Shown here piece by piece: positions 49,540 through 60,683 of a stretch of DNA of 64,000 nucleotides; within the stretch, counting starts at the first letter, position 1; each line of letters begins with the position of its first letter. The stretch spans positions 62,001-126,000 of the forward strand of contig JACPUC010000002.1 of NCBI GenBank assembly GCA_016192455.1. The letters run 5' to 3'. The position numbers and the translations under genes are program-made. The notes under the pieces are model-generated. The model had not been told where the DNA came from, made no database searches, and saw only the letters and a program-made list of their open reading frames with translations. This DNA comes from Candidatus Tectimicrobiota bacterium. Lineage in GTDB: Bacteria; JACPUC01.

Positions 49540-49812
49540 ATGAGCAAGAAGGGCCGTATACAGAACATCGTCATTGACCGAAGTTACGTTGAGCAAGCGA
49601 ATGTGAAGCACGTGCTCATTGACTTTGGCATCTCTGAGGAGAAGTCTGCGCCGCCGTTCACGCTGGAGCTGGCTCTGGAGTCCGATGCGTTGTACCTCTG
49701 CCTCTTCAACGAACGTGGGGGCGTCAGGTTCCGGGTCGGGGACAATGACAGCGAGCTCGGCCAGGCCATTGAAGCGCTCTCCTCGATGTTCTCCTCAAGT
49801 GTCATTGAGTGA
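49540..49812 (+). CDS. small hypothetical protein
   Basis: GGAG RBS; globular-looking alpha/beta sequence; alternative start at 49492. Confidence 0.55.
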   Translation: MSKKGRIQNIVIDRSYVEQANVKHVLIDFGISEEKSAPPFTLELALESDALYLCLFNERGGVRFRVGDNDSELGQAIEALSSMFSSSVIE

Positions 49813-49913
49813 CAGCCCGCCCGGGTTCTTCCTCCATTGCCGCTGTGGCTGGTTGCGTTCACGGCAGCATAGCTGGCCGGCAGGGGAACGCCGGCTCTCG
49901 GGGGCGCCGGCCT

Positions 49914-50726
49914 TCAGCGCGCGCAGCGAAAGCCGACGTTGAACCAGCCCCGGTCGGAACGGAAGAAGCTCCGCTTCGCCGAGCGCACGATATCGGCTGC
50001 ATCGGTCTGTCCCTGGTAGTTGAAGAACGACCCCCCCTTCAGAATCACCGCCGAGCCCGACGCCAGGGTATCGGCGGTCCATTCCCAGACGTTCCCCGCC
50101 ATATCGAGCACGCCGTAGACACTCGCCCCGCCGGGGTAGGCGCCGACCGGCGTGGTGCCCAGGTGCGGGCCTGCCGGCGTATTGGCTCGGCCGGCGTCGA
50201 AGACCTCCCCCCAGGGGTAGCGGCGGCCGTCGGTTCCCCGCGCCGCCTTCTCCCACTCCGCCTCGCTGGGAAGGCGCTTGCCCTGGGCCCGGCAATAGGC
50301 TCGAGCCTCCTCCCAGGTGACATTTACCACCGGGTGCTCGGCCTTCCCGGGTGGGATGGGGTGCGAGGGCTTCCAGGCCGCATAGGCGGCCTCGGTGACA
50401 GGGGTGCGGTCGATGGCGAAGGCGGCCAGCTCCACGCGGCGCAGGGGCGCCTCACCGGGGTCGCCGTCGTTTGCGCCCATGAGAAACGCGCCGGCAGGGA
50501 TGTCGACCATGGCGCCGGCAGCGTTCGGCTTCTCAGCGGGGGCGGCGATGGGGGCGGGACTGGGTTCGCTCGTGCAGGCAATTAGGGTGAGGAGCAGGGC
50601 TGCGGGAAGGAGCGGCCGCAGCCGCGCCGTCAGGCACCCCAGCGACGAGGTTCGCCGGCCGCGACGGCGGCGATTCCGACCTGCGGCCGAGGAGAGCGCT
50701 GCCACCTCTTCTTCCGCGCCCTGCAT
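49914..50726 (-). CDS. FGE/SUMF1-domain lipoprotein (PvdO/NirV-like, lacks catalytic Cys)
   Basis: Lipobox-like LIAC, HPVVNVTW, RLPSEAEWEKAARG, DMAGNVWEW, GFRCA; start may lie downstream. Confidence 0.85.
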   Translation of the reverse strand: MQGAEEEVAALSSAAGRNRRRRGRRTSSLGCLTARLRPLLPAALLLTLIACTSEPSPAPIAAPAEKPNAAGAMVDIPAGAFLMGANDGDPGEAPLRRVELAAFAIDRTPVTEAAYAAWKPSHPIPPGKAEHPVVNVTWEEARAYCRAQGKRLPSEAEWEKAARGTDGRRYPWGEVFDAGRANTPAGPHLGTTPVGAYPGGASVYGVLDMAGNVWEWTADTLASGSAVILKGGSFFNYQGQTDAADIVRSAKRSFFRSDRGWFNVGFRCAR

Positions 50727-50804
50727 GGTGGTCTTCCAAGAGGCGGGGACGAGCGAAACTCGCGCGCCTGGGGGGTGGGGCGAGATGCCGCGGCGGCGAT
50801 CGGC

Positions 50805-51083
50805 TCAGCGGCGGAAGCGCGACAGGATCATCATCACCTCATCGATCTTGCCGTTCTGCTCAGCGCTGTCGCCGGAGCGCATCGCCGTGGCCACACAGGT
50901 CTGCAGGTGGGTCCGCATGACGATCTCCTCGATGCGCTCCATGGCAGCCACCGCGGAGCGGAGCTGGGTGAGGATGTCGATGCAGTAGCGGTCATCCTCG
51001 ACCATCTGCTGGATGCCGCGCACCTGCCCTTCCACTCGCCGCAACCGTGCAATGAGACGCTGCTTCGCATCCTCGTGTGGCAT
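50805..51083 (-). CDS. csoR: CsoR family copper-sensing repressor
   Basis: RLRRVEGQVRGIQQM, RYCIDIL, HLQTC (Cys/His/Cys ligands). Confidence 0.92.
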   Translation of the reverse strand: MPHEDAKQRLIARLRRVEGQVRGIQQMVEDDRYCIDILTQLRSAVAAMERIEEIVMRTHLQTCVATAMRSGDSAEQNGKIDEVMMILSRFRR

Positions 51084-51264
51084 GGCAACTTCGTCCCTCT
51101 CCTCGCCTCCGTGGATGAATGGGCGCCAGGCGTCCGGACGCGACGCCGTCGCCTCTCCTGCCCGCTCGCCCCGAGTCCCGCAGCGGCAGCGCCGGGCGAA
51201 GCCCATGCCGTGAGGCCCGCGCCTGAGGCAGCCGCCGCGCCGCTGGGCCGGTGACGCGGGCCTC

Positions 51265-53151
51265 TCACGCGGCGGGCTCGTGCCCGTCCCCCTCGCCCAG
51301 GGCGCGCGATTTCTTCAGGATCGCCTGCAGCTCGGCGCCGCTGATGTCTTCATACTGGAGGAGATGCTCGGCCATCGTGTCCAGAAGCTCGCGCCGCTTG
51401 CGCAGCAGATCAAGCACGCGCAGGTGCGCCGTGTCGAGGAGCTCCCGCACCTCGGCGTCGATGGCGCGCGCCGTCTCCTCGCTGTACTCCTGCCGCGTCG
51501 TGCCCCAGCCGTCAACGGGCAGGAAGGGGGAGCGCTGGCGCTCATAGGTGACGATCCCCAGGTGCTCGCTCATGCCGTACTCCGCCACCATGCTGCGGGC
51601 CAGGTCGGTCGCCCGCTGCAGATCGTTCTGGGCGCCGGTCGAAATCTCGTTGAAGACGATCTCCTCGGCGCAGCGGCCGCCCAGCAGCACCGCCAGCTTG
51701 TCGAGGAGCTCGCTCTTCGACATCAGGAAGCGGTCCTCCGTGGGCCGCTGCAGGGTGTAGCCCAACGCCGCGATGCCGCGGGGGATGATCGACACCTTCT
51801 GCACCGGGTCGGCGTGCCGCACGGCGCTCGCCGCCAGCGCGTGCCCCGACTCGTGGTAGGCGACGGTGCGCTTCTCCTGCTCGTTGAGGCGGCGCGATTT
51901 CTTCTCCAGGCCGGCCACGATGCGCTCGATGGCCTCCTCGAAATCGGCCATCGCCACCGCCGGTTTCTCCTTCCGCGCCGCCAGGAGGGCGGCCTCGTTC
52001 ACCACATTCGCTAGGTCGGCCCCCACGAAGCCAGGCGTGATGCCCGCCAGGGCGCGGAAATCGACGTCGGGGCCGAGGGTGATGGGTTGCGCGTGCACCT
52101 CGAGAATCTGCTGCCGCCCCAGGAGGTCGGGCCGATCGACGAGGACGTGGCGGTCGAAGCGGCCCGGGCGCAACAGGGCGGGGTCGAGGATCTCCGGCCG
52201 GTTCGTGGCCGCCAGGATGATCACCCCGGCCTCGGTGGAGAAGCCGTCCATCTCGACGAGGAGCTGGTTCAACGTCTGGTCGCGTTCGTCGTGGCCCCCC
52301 ATGGGATTGAGTGCCCGCACCTTGCCGAGGGCGTCGAGCTCGTCGATGAAGATGATGCAAGGCGCCTTCGTCTGCGCCTGCTGGAAGAGGTCGCGCACGC
52401 GCGCCGCGCCGACGCCCACGAACATCTCGACGAACTCCGAGCCGCTGAGGCTGAAGAAGGGCACGCTCGCCTCGCCGGCGACCGCCTTGGCGAGCAGCGT
52501 CTTGCCGGTGCCCGGCGGGCCGACCAGCAGCACCCCCTTGGGGATCTTGCCACCCAGGCGCCGGAAGCGCTCAGGGCTGCGCAGGAACAGCACTACCTCC
52601 TCGAGTTCGGCCTTGGCCTCCTCGATGCCGGCCACGTCCTTGAAGGTCACGCCGGTCGATTTCTCGACGTAGACCTTCGCTTTGCTGCGGCCGATGCTCA
52701 TCAGGCCGCCGGCCCCCGCCGTGATGCGTTTCAACAGGAAGCTCCAGATGAGGAGGAAGAGGATGATCGGCACCACCCAGCCCAGGACCGACTTCAGCCA
52801 GGTGTTCTCGTAGCGCCCGGCAAAGCGCACCCCGGCTGCCTCCAGCTCGGCGGCGAGGTTGGGATCATCCACCCGCACCGTGGCGAACCGCCGCAGACCG
52901 TCCTTGTCCCGCTCCAGGCGCGCTGCCTTCTCGGCAGGCAGGAGCGTGGCGAGCGCCTGCGAGCGCACCTTGCCGCTGAGGATCGCCGTGCCGATCTCCA
53001 CCTCGACGACGCCGTGCTCCTTGACGAGCTTCTTGAAGTCGCTGTAGTCGAGGGTCTCGATCTGCGGGGCGGAGACGAGGGCATGGGCCGCGAAGAGCGC
53101 CGCCAGCGCCAGCACGAAGTACCAGAGTGAGAACTGATGGTGCTTCTCCAA
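51265..53151 (-). CDS. ftsH: ATP-dependent zinc metalloprotease FtsH
   Basis: Two N-terminal TMs, [43 protein letters not shown] 53151 chosen on RBS spacing (GTG 53160 is the alternative). Confidence 0.95.
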   Translation of the reverse strand: MEKHHQFSLWYFVLALAALFAAHALVSAPQIETLDYSDFKKLVKEHGVVEVEIGTAILSGKVRSQALATLLPAEKAARLERDKDGLRRFATVRVDDPNLAAELEAAGVRFAGRYENTWLKSVLGWVVPIILFLLIWSFLLKRITAGAGGLMSIGRSKAKVYVEKSTGVTFKDVAGIEEAKAELEEVVLFLRSPERFRRLGGKIPKGVLLVGPPGTGKTLLAKAVAGEASVPFFSLSGSEFVEMFVGVGAARVRDLFQQAQTKAPCIIFIDELDALGKVRALNPMGGHDERDQTLNQLLVEMDGFSTEAGVIILAATNRPEILDPALLRPGRFDRHVLVDRPDLLGRQQILEVHAQPITLGPDVDFRALAGITPGFVGADLANVVNEAALLAARKEKPAVAMADFEEAIERIVAGLEKKSRRLNEQEKRTVAYHESGHALAASAVRHADPVQKVSIIPRGIAALGYTLQRPTEDRFLMSKSELLDKLAVLLGGRCAEEIVFNEISTGAQNDLQRATDLARSMVAEYGMSEHLGIVTYERQRSPFLPVDGWGTTRQEYSEETARAIDAEVRELLDTAHLRVLDLLRKRRELLDTMAEHLLQYEDISGAELQAILKKSRALGEGDGHEPAA

Positions 53152-53265
53152 CCTCTCCACTCCTCTCGATTCGCGGCAGGTGGCTCAGGCGGTGCCTGGG
53201 CTGCCGCAGAGGGTAGGCGAGACCCCGGCGCTCCGCGCGAGACGTCCGTGCCGGGCCTGCCGCTG

Positions 53266-55950
53266 CTACTCCGCTCCTGGCATGCGGAAGCGTCGCAGGC
53301 GCAGCGAATTGCTCACCACCGACACGGAGCTGAAGGCCATGGCGAGCGAGGCGAACATCGGGTTCAACAGGACGCCGAAGAACGGGTAGAGCACACCGGC
53401 GGCGATGGGAATGCCGGCGCTGTTGTAAGCGAAGGCCCAGAAGAGGTTCTGCTTGATGGTGCGCAGGGTGGCGCGGCTGAGCGTGATGGCCGCGGCCACG
53501 CCGCCGAGGTCGTCGCGGATGAGGGTGATGTCGGAGGCCTCCATGGCGATATCGGTGCCGGTGCCGATGGCGATCCCCACGTCAGCCTGCGCCAGGGCCG
53601 GCGCATCATTGATGCCGTCGCCGACCATCGCCACCTTGCGCCCCTCCGCCTGCAGCTTCTGGATGGCCGCGGCCTTGCCGTCGGGGAGGACTTCCGCGAG
53701 GACCTCATCGATTCCCGCCTGGCGGGCGATGGCTTCTGCGGTGGAGCGCGCATCGCCGGTGAGCATGACGACGCGCAGCCTGGCGCGCCGCAGGGCGCGC
53801 ACCGCCGCCACCGACGTCTCGCGCAGCGTGTCGGCTACCGCGATGAGACCCGCCGGCGCGCCGCCTACCACCACGTACATGCTCGTCTTCCCCTCCTGGG
53901 CCAGCTTCAGGGCCTGGGTGCTGGAGGTGGCGACGTCGATGCCGAGATCCTCCATCATCGCGCGGTTGCCGAGCGCCACGCTCTTCCCGGCGATGGTGGC
54001 GGTGATGCCGCGGCCGGGCCACGCCGCGAACTCCTCCGGGGCCGGCAGATCCAGCTCGCGCTCGCGGGCCCGCGCCACGATAGCCGCGCCCAGGGGGTGC
54101 TCGGAGCCCTGCTCGGCGGCGGCGGCGAGGCGCAGCACCTCGTCCTCATCATAGCCCTGGAACGAGATGATATCGGTGACTTCCGGCTTGCCCTTTGTCA
54201 GCGTGCCGGTCTTGTCCAGGACGATGGTGTCGAGTTTGCACGCTGTCTCCAGGCTCTCGGCGCTCTTGAAGAGGATGCCGTTCTCCGCCCCCTTGCCGCT
54301 GCCCACCATGATCGCCGTCGGCGTGGCCAGCCCCAGGGCGCACGGGCAGGCGATGATGAGCACCGCGATGAAGTTCAAGAGGGCGAACGTGAAGGCCGGA
54401 TCGGGCCCGGCGAGCCACCAGACGCCGAGGGTCACGAGGGCGAGTGCGATGACGATGGGGACGAAGACCGCCGCGATCGTATCCGCCAGCCGCTGGATCG
54501 GCGCCTTCGAACCCTGCGCCTGCTCGACGAGTTTGATGATCTGCGCCAGGGCGGTCTCGGCGCCGACGCGCGTGGCGCGGAAGGTGAGGCGTCCCGTTTG
54601 GTTCACGGTGGCGCCGATGACCTCATCGCCGGCATGCTTCTCCACCGGGATGCTCTCGCCGGTGAGCATCGACTCATCAATGGCGGAGGCGCCGTCCAGG
54701 ACGATGCCATCGACGGGCACCTTCTCGCCCGGCCGCACCACGACCACGTCGCCCACCTGCACCGTCTCGATGGGCACGTCCTCCTCGCGGCCGTCGCGCA
54801 GGATGCGGGCGGTCTTCGCCCGCAGGCCCATGAGCTTCTTGATGGCCTCCGAGGTCTGCCCCTTGGCGCGCGCCTCGAGCAGCCGGCCCACGAGGATGAG
54901 GGTGATGATCACCGCGGCGGTGTCGTAGTAGACGTGCACCTCGCGGCCGGCGGTGACGAGCCGCGGCCAGAACGTCGCCACGGCGCTGTAGACGAAGGCC
55001 GCCGAGGTGCCGACGGCGATGAGGGTGTTCATGTCGGCGCTGCCGTGGCGGAGCTGCTTGAAGAAGCCGGCATAGAACTGCCAGCCGCACCAGAACTGCA
55101 CCGGCAGGGTGAGGAGGAAGTAGGCGAGGAAGAGCTGCGCCTCCGGCACGGCGGCAAGGCCAGGAATCCTGCCGCGGAACGTTTCGACGAGGAGGAGGGC
55201 GGAGAGCACCGCGCCGACGGCGACCTTGCGCTTCAGGGTGGCGATCTCGCGCTGCCGCGCCTGGCGTTCGTGATCGACCAGGGCGGCCTCGTCGAGGACC
55301 TCGCGGGCGCCGTAACCGGCCGCCTCGACGGCGCGCACCAGCTCCGCCGCCGTCACGCTCCCCGGCAGCAGGCGCACGGCGGCGCGCTGCGTGGCGAGGT
55401 TGACGGTCGCCGAGGTCACCCCATCGAGGCGACGCAGAGCGCGCTCCACCGCGTTCACGCAGCTCGCGCAGGTCATCCCCTGGATGCTCAGGCTCACCTC
55501 GGCTTGCGGCACCTCATAGCCTAGCCCTACAATGGTCTCGGCGAGGCGCTGGGGGTTCGTCTGCCGCGGATCATAGACGAGGCTCGCCTTCTCCGCCGCG
55601 AAATTGACGTTCGCCCGGCTCACCCCAGCGGCTTTGCCCAGGCCGCGCTCGATGGTCGCCGCGCAGCTCGCGCAGCTCATCCCCTTCACGGAGAGGTCGA
55701 GCTGCCGCAACGCGGCGGGGGTGGGGGGGAGAGCGGCGGCTGCCTCGGCCCCGTCGCCGCCGGCATGCGCCGTTGCCGCGGCGTCGGACGCTCCAGCGGC
55801 GCCCTCGCCGTTGAGGTACTGGACGGGGTCGCGCGCGAAGGCGTCACGGCACCCGGGGTTGCAGAAGTAATAGGTCGCGCCGTCGTACTCCATCCTGGCT
55901 GCTGCGGCATGCTCAGCCACGGTCATGCCGCAGACGGGATCACGTGCCAT
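53266..55950 (-). CDS. copA: Cu(I)-translocating P1B ATPase with a YHS domain and two HMA domains
   Basis: DPVCGM, two CASC motifs, TGES, CPC, DKTGT, GDGIND, YN and MAFSS. Confidence 0.95.
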   Translation of the reverse strand: MARDPVCGMTVAEHAAAARMEYDGATYYFCNPGCRDAFARDPVQYLNGEGAAGASDAAATAHAGGDGAEAAAALPPTPAALRQLDLSVKGMSCASCAATIERGLGKAAGVSRANVNFAAEKASLVYDPRQTNPQRLAETIVGLGYEVPQAEVSLSIQGMTCASCVNAVERALRRLDGVTSATVNLATQRAAVRLLPGSVTAAELVRAVEAAGYGAREVLDEAALVDHERQARQREIATLKRKVAVGAVLSALLLVETFRGRIPGLAAVPEAQLFLAYFLLTLPVQFWCGWQFYAGFFKQLRHGSADMNTLIAVGTSAAFVYSAVATFWPRLVTAGREVHVYYDTAAVIITLILVGRLLEARAKGQTSEAIKKLMGLRAKTARILRDGREEDVPIETVQVGDVVVVRPGEKVPVDGIVLDGASAIDESMLTGESIPVEKHAGDEVIGATVNQTGRLTFRATRVGAETALAQIIKLVEQAQGSKAPIQRLADTIAAVFVPIVIALALVTLGVWWLAGPDPAFTFALLNFIAVLIIACPCALGLATPTAIMVGSGKGAENGILFKSAESLETACKLDTIVLDKTGTLTKGKPEVTDIISFQGYDEDEVLRLAAAAEQGSEHPLGAAIVARARERELDLPAPEEFAAWPGRGITATIAGKSVALGNRAMMEDLGIDVATSSTQALKLAQEGKTSMYVVVGGAPAGLIAVADTLRETSVAAVRALRRARLRVVMLTGDARSTAEAIARQAGIDEVLAEVLPDGKAAAIQKLQAEGRKVAMVGDGINDAPALAQADVGIAIGTGTDIAMEASDITLIRDDLGGVAAAITLSRATLRTIKQNLFWAFAYNSAGIPIAAGVLYPFFGVLLNPMFASLAMAFSSVSVVSNSLRLRRFRMPGAE

Positions 55951-56009
55951 GGGCGAACCCTCCTGGGGAAGAGCCAAGCAAGGAAAAACCACCGGCGGCC
56001 GCTCCCCCC

Positions 56010-56039
56010 AATATAGGATACCCCCCCACCCCATGTCAA
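56010..56039 (-). promoter_or_regulatory. copA promoter with a CsoR-type G/C-tract operator
   Basis: Minus strand TTGACA, 18 bp, TATATT; the spacer contains GGGGTGGGGGGGTAT. Confidence 0.65.
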
Positions 56040-56283
56040 TGGGGCGGAGGCGGGGGAGGAACCCAAGGGGCCGGAGGAGGTCATGCCCTGTCCGGCAAGG
56101 AGGCCCCCCTCTTGAGTATCGCGCCTCAGGGGAGGCGCCGCAAGCCTCCCCCGGCTGTTCCCCCGCCGCGTCGGCCTGAACCAGGAGGTCGACGGCCGGA
56201 GGGCGTCGCGGCGGCGGGACAACGGCGGCAGAATCGATGGGACGAGGCACGGGACCGTGTCGTTCCGTGCAGGGAGAGCAAGG

Positions 56284-57954
56284 ATGGAACTCGATCCCCT
56301 AACCCTTGCGGTGATCAAGGGCGGCCTCGAGCAGGTGGCCGAAGAGATGGACCTGACGCTGCGGCGCTGCGCCTTTTCGCCGGTGATCTCCGAGTCGTGC
56401 GATATGGCCAACGGCATCTACACCGCCCACGATGGCGAGGTGATCGTCCAGGGCCCGAAAGGGTTGCCGGTCTTCGTGGCGATCATGCAGTTCGCGGTGA
56501 AGGTGGTCATGGAGGAGGCCGGCGCCGGCGGTCTGGCGCCGGGTGACATCTTCATCCTCAACGATCCGGCCTCCGGTGGCAGCCACCTCAACGACATGAA
56601 ACTGGTGCGGCCGGTCTTCCATGACGGCAAGCTCTTCGCCATGCTCGCCAACACCGCGCACTGGATCGACCTGGGGGGCAATGTGCCGGGGAACTTCGGC
56701 GTGCGCGCCAGCGAGATTTTCCAGGAGGGGTTCCGCCTGACGCCGGTGAAGATTTACGCTGCCGGCGTGCTCAACGAGGCGCTGCTCGAGACGATCCTGG
56801 CGAACACGCGCGTGCCGCAGTGGTGCTACGGCGATCTGCAGGCACAGGTGAACGCCCTGCTCGTCGGCGAGCGCCGCCTTGGGGTGCTCATCGAGCGCTA
56901 CGGGGCCGACCTCCTGCAGGCGGCGATCGCCGAGCTGCGCCGCCGCGCCGAGCAGCAGATGCGGGCCGCCATCGCCGACATTCCCGACGGCACCTACCGA
57001 TTCAGCGATGGCCTCGATAACGACGGCGTGGAGGACCGCCCGCTCACCATCGTCCTGGCCCTGGAGGTACGCGGCAACGAGATGAGCCTCGACTTCACCG
57101 GCACCTCGCCGCAGGCGCAGGGAACCGTCAATGTGTCGCTGAGTACGGCGATCTCGAGCGCCTACGTGGCCATCAAGCACGTCTTCCCGCACGTCCCCCT
57201 GAACGGCGGCTGTTTCGCACCCATCACGTTCACCATTCCTCCCGGCAGCCTCCTGCATCCGGGGGAGGCGAGCGCGGCGGGGGGGTACAACGAGACGGCC
57301 ATGCGCATCATCGACGTGGTGCTGGGGGCGCTGGGGCAGGCGGTGCCGAAGCAGGTGCCCGCCGCCTGCTTCTCGACGCTCAACGCCATCCTGATCAGCG
57401 GCCGGCATGCGCGGCGCGGCCGCTACGTGATGTTCAGCTTCACCGGCGGCGGCAACGGCGCGGCGGCGACCCTCGACGGTCTGACGCACTGCAACGCCGC
57501 TGTCGGCATGGCGCGCAGCCAACCCTGGGAAATCATCGAGCACCTCTACCCCGTGCTCTACCACCAGGTGGCGCTGCGGGTCGACTCGGCCGGCGCCGGC
57601 CGCCAGCGGGGCGGCTTCGGGGCGATCTACCGCTACGAGCTGCGTGACGGCCCGGCGGTCGCCTCCATCCTGGGGGATCGCAGCCGGCGCGGGCCGTTCG
57701 GCGTGCACGGCGGCCAGCCGGGAGCCACGAGCCGGGTGCGCTTCCTGCGGCGCGGCGGCGTCTACGAGCCGCCGCTCGGCACGAAGGACGAGCACATCGC
57801 GCTGCAGGCGGGCGATATCATCGAGCTGCAGACGCCGGGTGGCGGCGGCTATGGCGATCCACGCCAGCGCAGCCGCGCGGCGATCACGCGCGACCTGGCC
57901 CGCGGCTACCTGACGCTCGAGGCGGCGCGGCGAGAGTATGGGTACAAAGGATAA
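56284..57954 (+). CDS. hydantoinase B/oxoprolinase subunit (second paralogue, no adjacent A subunit)
   Basis: [42 protein letters not shown]. Confidence 0.92.
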   Translation: MELDPLTLAVIKGGLEQVAEEMDLTLRRCAFSPVISESCDMANGIYTAHDGEVIVQGPKGLPVFVAIMQFAVKVVMEEAGAGGLAPGDIFILNDPASGGSHLNDMKLVRPVFHDGKLFAMLANTAHWIDLGGNVPGNFGVRASEIFQEGFRLTPVKIYAAGVLNEALLETILANTRVPQWCYGDLQAQVNALLVGERRLGVLIERYGADLLQAAIAELRRRAEQQMRAAIADIPDGTYRFSDGLDNDGVEDRPLTIVLALEVRGNEMSLDFTGTSPQAQGTVNVSLSTAISSAYVAIKHVFPHVPLNGGCFAPITFTIPPGSLLHPGEASAAGGYNETAMRIIDVVLGALGQAVPKQVPAACFSTLNAILISGRHARRGRYVMFSFTGGGNGAAATLDGLTHCNAAVGMARSQPWEIIEHLYPVLYHQVALRVDSAGAGRQRGGFGAIYRYELRDGPAVASILGDRSRRGPFGVHGGQPGATSRVRFLRRGGVYEPPLGTKDEHIALQAGDIIELQTPGGGGYGDPRQRSRAAITRDLARGYLTLEAARREYGYKG

Positions 57955-58152
57955 GAGCCGAAGGGAAGGGTGAAGCGGGGTGACAGAAGTTGAAGGGAAG
58001 CTGTGGGAGTAGGAGCGCGGGCGCTCCGTGGGTTGATGAAGCGCGACGAAGTGGCAATGGGTTTCACGGCGGCAGGGAGCGGGGTGGCGCGGGCGTGCGA
58101 GGCGGCGCAAGCGTGCCACGCTGCGCCTCGCCGCCCGCAAAAGCGGGCATGC

Positions 58153-58220
58153 GGCGTGCGGGCGTCCCGCCCGTACTGCGCCGCCGCTGGGGGTCGCTGC
58201 GGGCAAGATGCCCGCGCTCC
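58153..58220. repeat. inverted REP-like pair
   Basis: GGCGTGCGGGCGTCCCGCCCGT ... GCGGGCAAGATGCCCGCGCTCC. Confidence 0.6.
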
Positions 58221-58226
58221 GAATCA

Positions 58227-58577
58227 TCACCTCCACGCTCGCGACGAAGGCGGACGACGCCCCGGCCGGGGCGGGGGGGACGGCGGCAGCTCAGTCTCGA
58301 TCTCTTTGATGGTGAGCTTCAGCTCGCCGAATGCTTCCCGGTTCTCCTCGATAAGCTGGCGCATGGCTTGGCTGAGGGTCTGGAGCTGGGAGAGGCAGAA
58401 AGCCTTCACGCTGGCATCGGTGCTGTCCATGTATTGATCGAGGAGGAGGCGGTAGTCGTGGCCCAGGCGGGTGATGCGCTCCGCGACGGAGCGCGGCACG
58501 AAGATGCTCCGCAGAGAGCGGTAGAGATGCCGCCAGCTCTCGAGGTTGGCGATGAGGTCATCATTGCGGGAGTGCAT
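58227..58577 (-). CDS. hypothetical helical protein, probably leaderless
   Basis: GC-biased codons, coiled-coil pattern; a promoter lies directly upstream of the ATG and there is no RBS. Confidence 0.6.
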   Translation of the reverse strand: MHSRNDDLIANLESWRHLYRSLRSIFVPRSVAERITRLGHDYRLLLDQYMDSTDASVKAFCLSQLQTLSQAMRQLIEENREAFGELKLTIKEIETELPPSPPPRPGRRPPSSRAWR

Positions 58578-58583
58578 AGGGGC

Positions 58584-58612
58584 AAGGTAAGCGAATAAAA
58601 AGCAAAAGTCAA
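58584..58612 (-). promoter_or_regulatory. sigma70 promoter placing the transcription start at about the ATG
   Basis: TTGACT, 17 bp, TACCTT, 6 nt, ATG. Confidence 0.6.
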
Positions 58613-58825
58613 CCTCGCATACCTCTCCCCTGCACCTGACTCGCCGCAACGGCGCGTGATGGGGCGACGGAGGGGGTGCGGCGATGGGCGTGGCGTCTGC
58701 CCCTGGGCGAGCCGCCGAACAACTCGCGGCGTGAGGGGAGGGGGGCAGCGATTCCCTAGGAAGGACCTTGCACCACTTCCGCGTCCAACGCCTCGAATTG
58801 GTGGCGGAATTTCTCCGCGACAACT

Positions 58826-59668
58826 TTAAAGCGCCGCGGCGCGGAAGACCGTCGCGGGCGCGATGCGCTCGCCGTAAAAGTCGGCCTCCAGGGCGCGCAT
58901 TGCCTCGTCGCTCAGCGGCTTCAGGTACTGCTCGTTGCGCTGCCAGATCTCGAGGATGCGCACGCGCTTGATGCGCTCGCGCAGCGCGTCGAACTCCTCG
59001 CGTGAGGGCAGGTCGCGCATAAGGGCGTGGATGGTCTCCGGGCCGTGGTGCAGCTCGTCCGCGGCGATGCGGCGCTCGATCTCGACCAGCCGCCGGCTGA
59101 ACTCGTCGCTGACGGGAATTCTGCTCTGTGCCCAGTGCCAGCTCACCGCGCCCCCTTCGCCGCAGGCGCGGATGAGTGCGGCGCCCCAGGCGGAGCTGGC
59201 CTCGCAGAGCGCGGCGCGCTCGGTGAAGCAGGCATAGTTATGCGGCCAGCGCTCGTGCGTCCGGCGGTAGTCGCCGTATCCCAGCAGCGCATAGGCTTTC
59301 GGCGGGCAGTACTCGTACATGTCAGCGATCGGGCAGGGTTTCCCCTCGAGGCGCCAGGTGAGGAGTTCCAGGTAGGCTTCGTAGTGCTCCGCCTCTTCCA
59401 GGGCGTCCTGGAGCGACTTGCGCAGCTCGGCGGAGGAGCCGTGCGGTGTGGCGCCGAGGCAGCGCCGCGCATGCATGACGACGGCGCCATACTCCTTGCC
59501 CGCCTGCAAGGCCAGCCAACTCACGTCGCGCTGCCAGGTGCGCGCCGCGGCATACGCCAGCACCACCTGCCGCATGGTCGCGGCGCCGCGATCGAGGATG
59601 AGCAGAAGCTCCTCCTTGACCTGCTGCTGCTCAGCGCTCAAGCTCTGCTCGCTCGGGCTCTTCACCAT
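58826..59668 (-). CDS. ferritin-like / putative diiron protein
   Basis: All-helical pattern with KEY, EEAEHY, CGEGG and ADELHH; GGGAGG RBS. Confidence 0.65.
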   Translation of the reverse strand: MVKSPSEQSLSAEQQQVKEELLLILDRGAATMRQVVLAYAAARTWQRDVSWLALQAGKEYGAVVMHARRCLGATPHGSSAELRKSLQDALEEAEHYEAYLELLTWRLEGKPCPIADMYEYCPPKAYALLGYGDYRRTHERWPHNYACFTERAALCEASSAWGAALIRACGEGGAVSWHWAQSRIPVSDEFSRRLVEIERRIAADELHHGPETIHALMRDLPSREEFDALRERIKRVRILEIWQRNEQYLKPLSDEAMRALEADFYGERIAPATVFRAAAL

Positions 59669-59912
59669 TCCACCTCCCTGTCTACCTTTGCGTGGTGCGT
59701 GGTGCGCCTACCAGCGACGCTCCATACCCGAGGATCGCCCGACGATGCAGGGTAGCAAGGGGAGGACGAGGCGGCAACGCTGCGGTGGGGTGGAACGAGG
59801 CGATCCAATCGAGCGGGAACGGCAGCCGCGCCCGCGAGCGGGAAGCAAACGCTTCCGCGAAGCACGCAGCGGCTGCATTTCGGCTGCGGTGGGGCAGCGC
59901 CGCAGCGGTGAG

Positions 59913-60683
59913 CTAATTGGACCCTGGGGCCTTGCTCTCCGTGTCCGGGAAGGTTCGGATGACGCGTTCAGTCCCCAACCGCGCCAGCGTGTCACTGCGT
60001 TGCCAGACCGCGCCGCCGCGCAGGAAGCGCCCCATCTTCAAGACGTTATCGAAGAGAGCCTCCTGCGTCTCGGCGTAGTGAGCCTGCCAGAGCACCATGC
60101 CGTCGCGCAGGCTGATGAGGAGCGCCCCGTAGCTCACCGCGGCCGGGCTGTCGACCGCCAGGGGGCCACCCTCGCGGTCACGATACAGGTAGACGATGCC
60201 GGTCAGGACGGCGTCGATCGTTCCCAGCGCTTCCGGCACAAGCTCCTCGCCCTGCTTGTCCGTCGGGCGTGCGGCCCCGGCGGCGGCCTCGGCATTCCCC
60301 TGGGCCTTCAGCGCCCGGCTTAGGCGCCGCTGCACGACTTTCTTGATGGCTTCAAGGCGTTCCGGCGGCAGCGCAATCCCGACCTCAGCCCGGCGGAGCT
60401 CCGGCAGGGTCTCGCCGGTGCCGCTCTCCGGCGGCAAGAGGTGGAGGGAGCGGTTGTTCCGCAGCTCGTTGTAGATGAACTGCGCCACCTTCTCGCCGGC
60501 GACGGGGTCGTCGCTCTCGTTGGCGAAGGGGAGCACGGCGATGCGCTGGAAGGCATAGTCGTGAATGCGCGTCACCCAGGCGGCCCGCACATTGGAAAGC
60601 TCCTTGGTGCGCAGGTGACGCTCAGCAAGCGCCATCCCCGAGACGCTCACCACGGCGAGCAGCGCGGCAAGGAGACTCAGCAC
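59913..60683 (-). CDS. secreted CsgG/LpoB/GNA1162-like protein
   Basis: Signal peptide, RIAVLPFAN, DAVLTG, LISLRDGMVLW; start uncertain. Confidence 0.7.
   Translation of the reverse strand: MLSLLAALLAVVSVSGMALAERHLRTKELSNVRAAWVTRIHDYAFQRIAVLPFANESDDPVAGEKVAQFIYNELRNNRSLHLLPPESGTGETLPELRRAEVGIALPPERLEAIKKVVQRRLSRALKAQGNAEAAAGAARPTDKQGEELVPEALGTIDAVLTGIVYLYRDREGGPLAVDSPAAVSYGALLISLRDGMVLWQAHYAETQEALFDNVLKMGRFLRGGAVWQRSDTLARLGTERVIRTFPDTESKAPGSN

Noticed and set aside
49914-50726. True formylglycine-generating enzyme
   Set aside because: The catalytic Cys pair is absent and there is no sulfatase nearby.
53137-55524. 795-aa plus-strand ORF and similar long antisense ORFs (20036, 34543, 47335, 56299)
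   Set aside because: These are shadow ORFs of GC-rich genes on the opposite strand and have no recognisable motifs.
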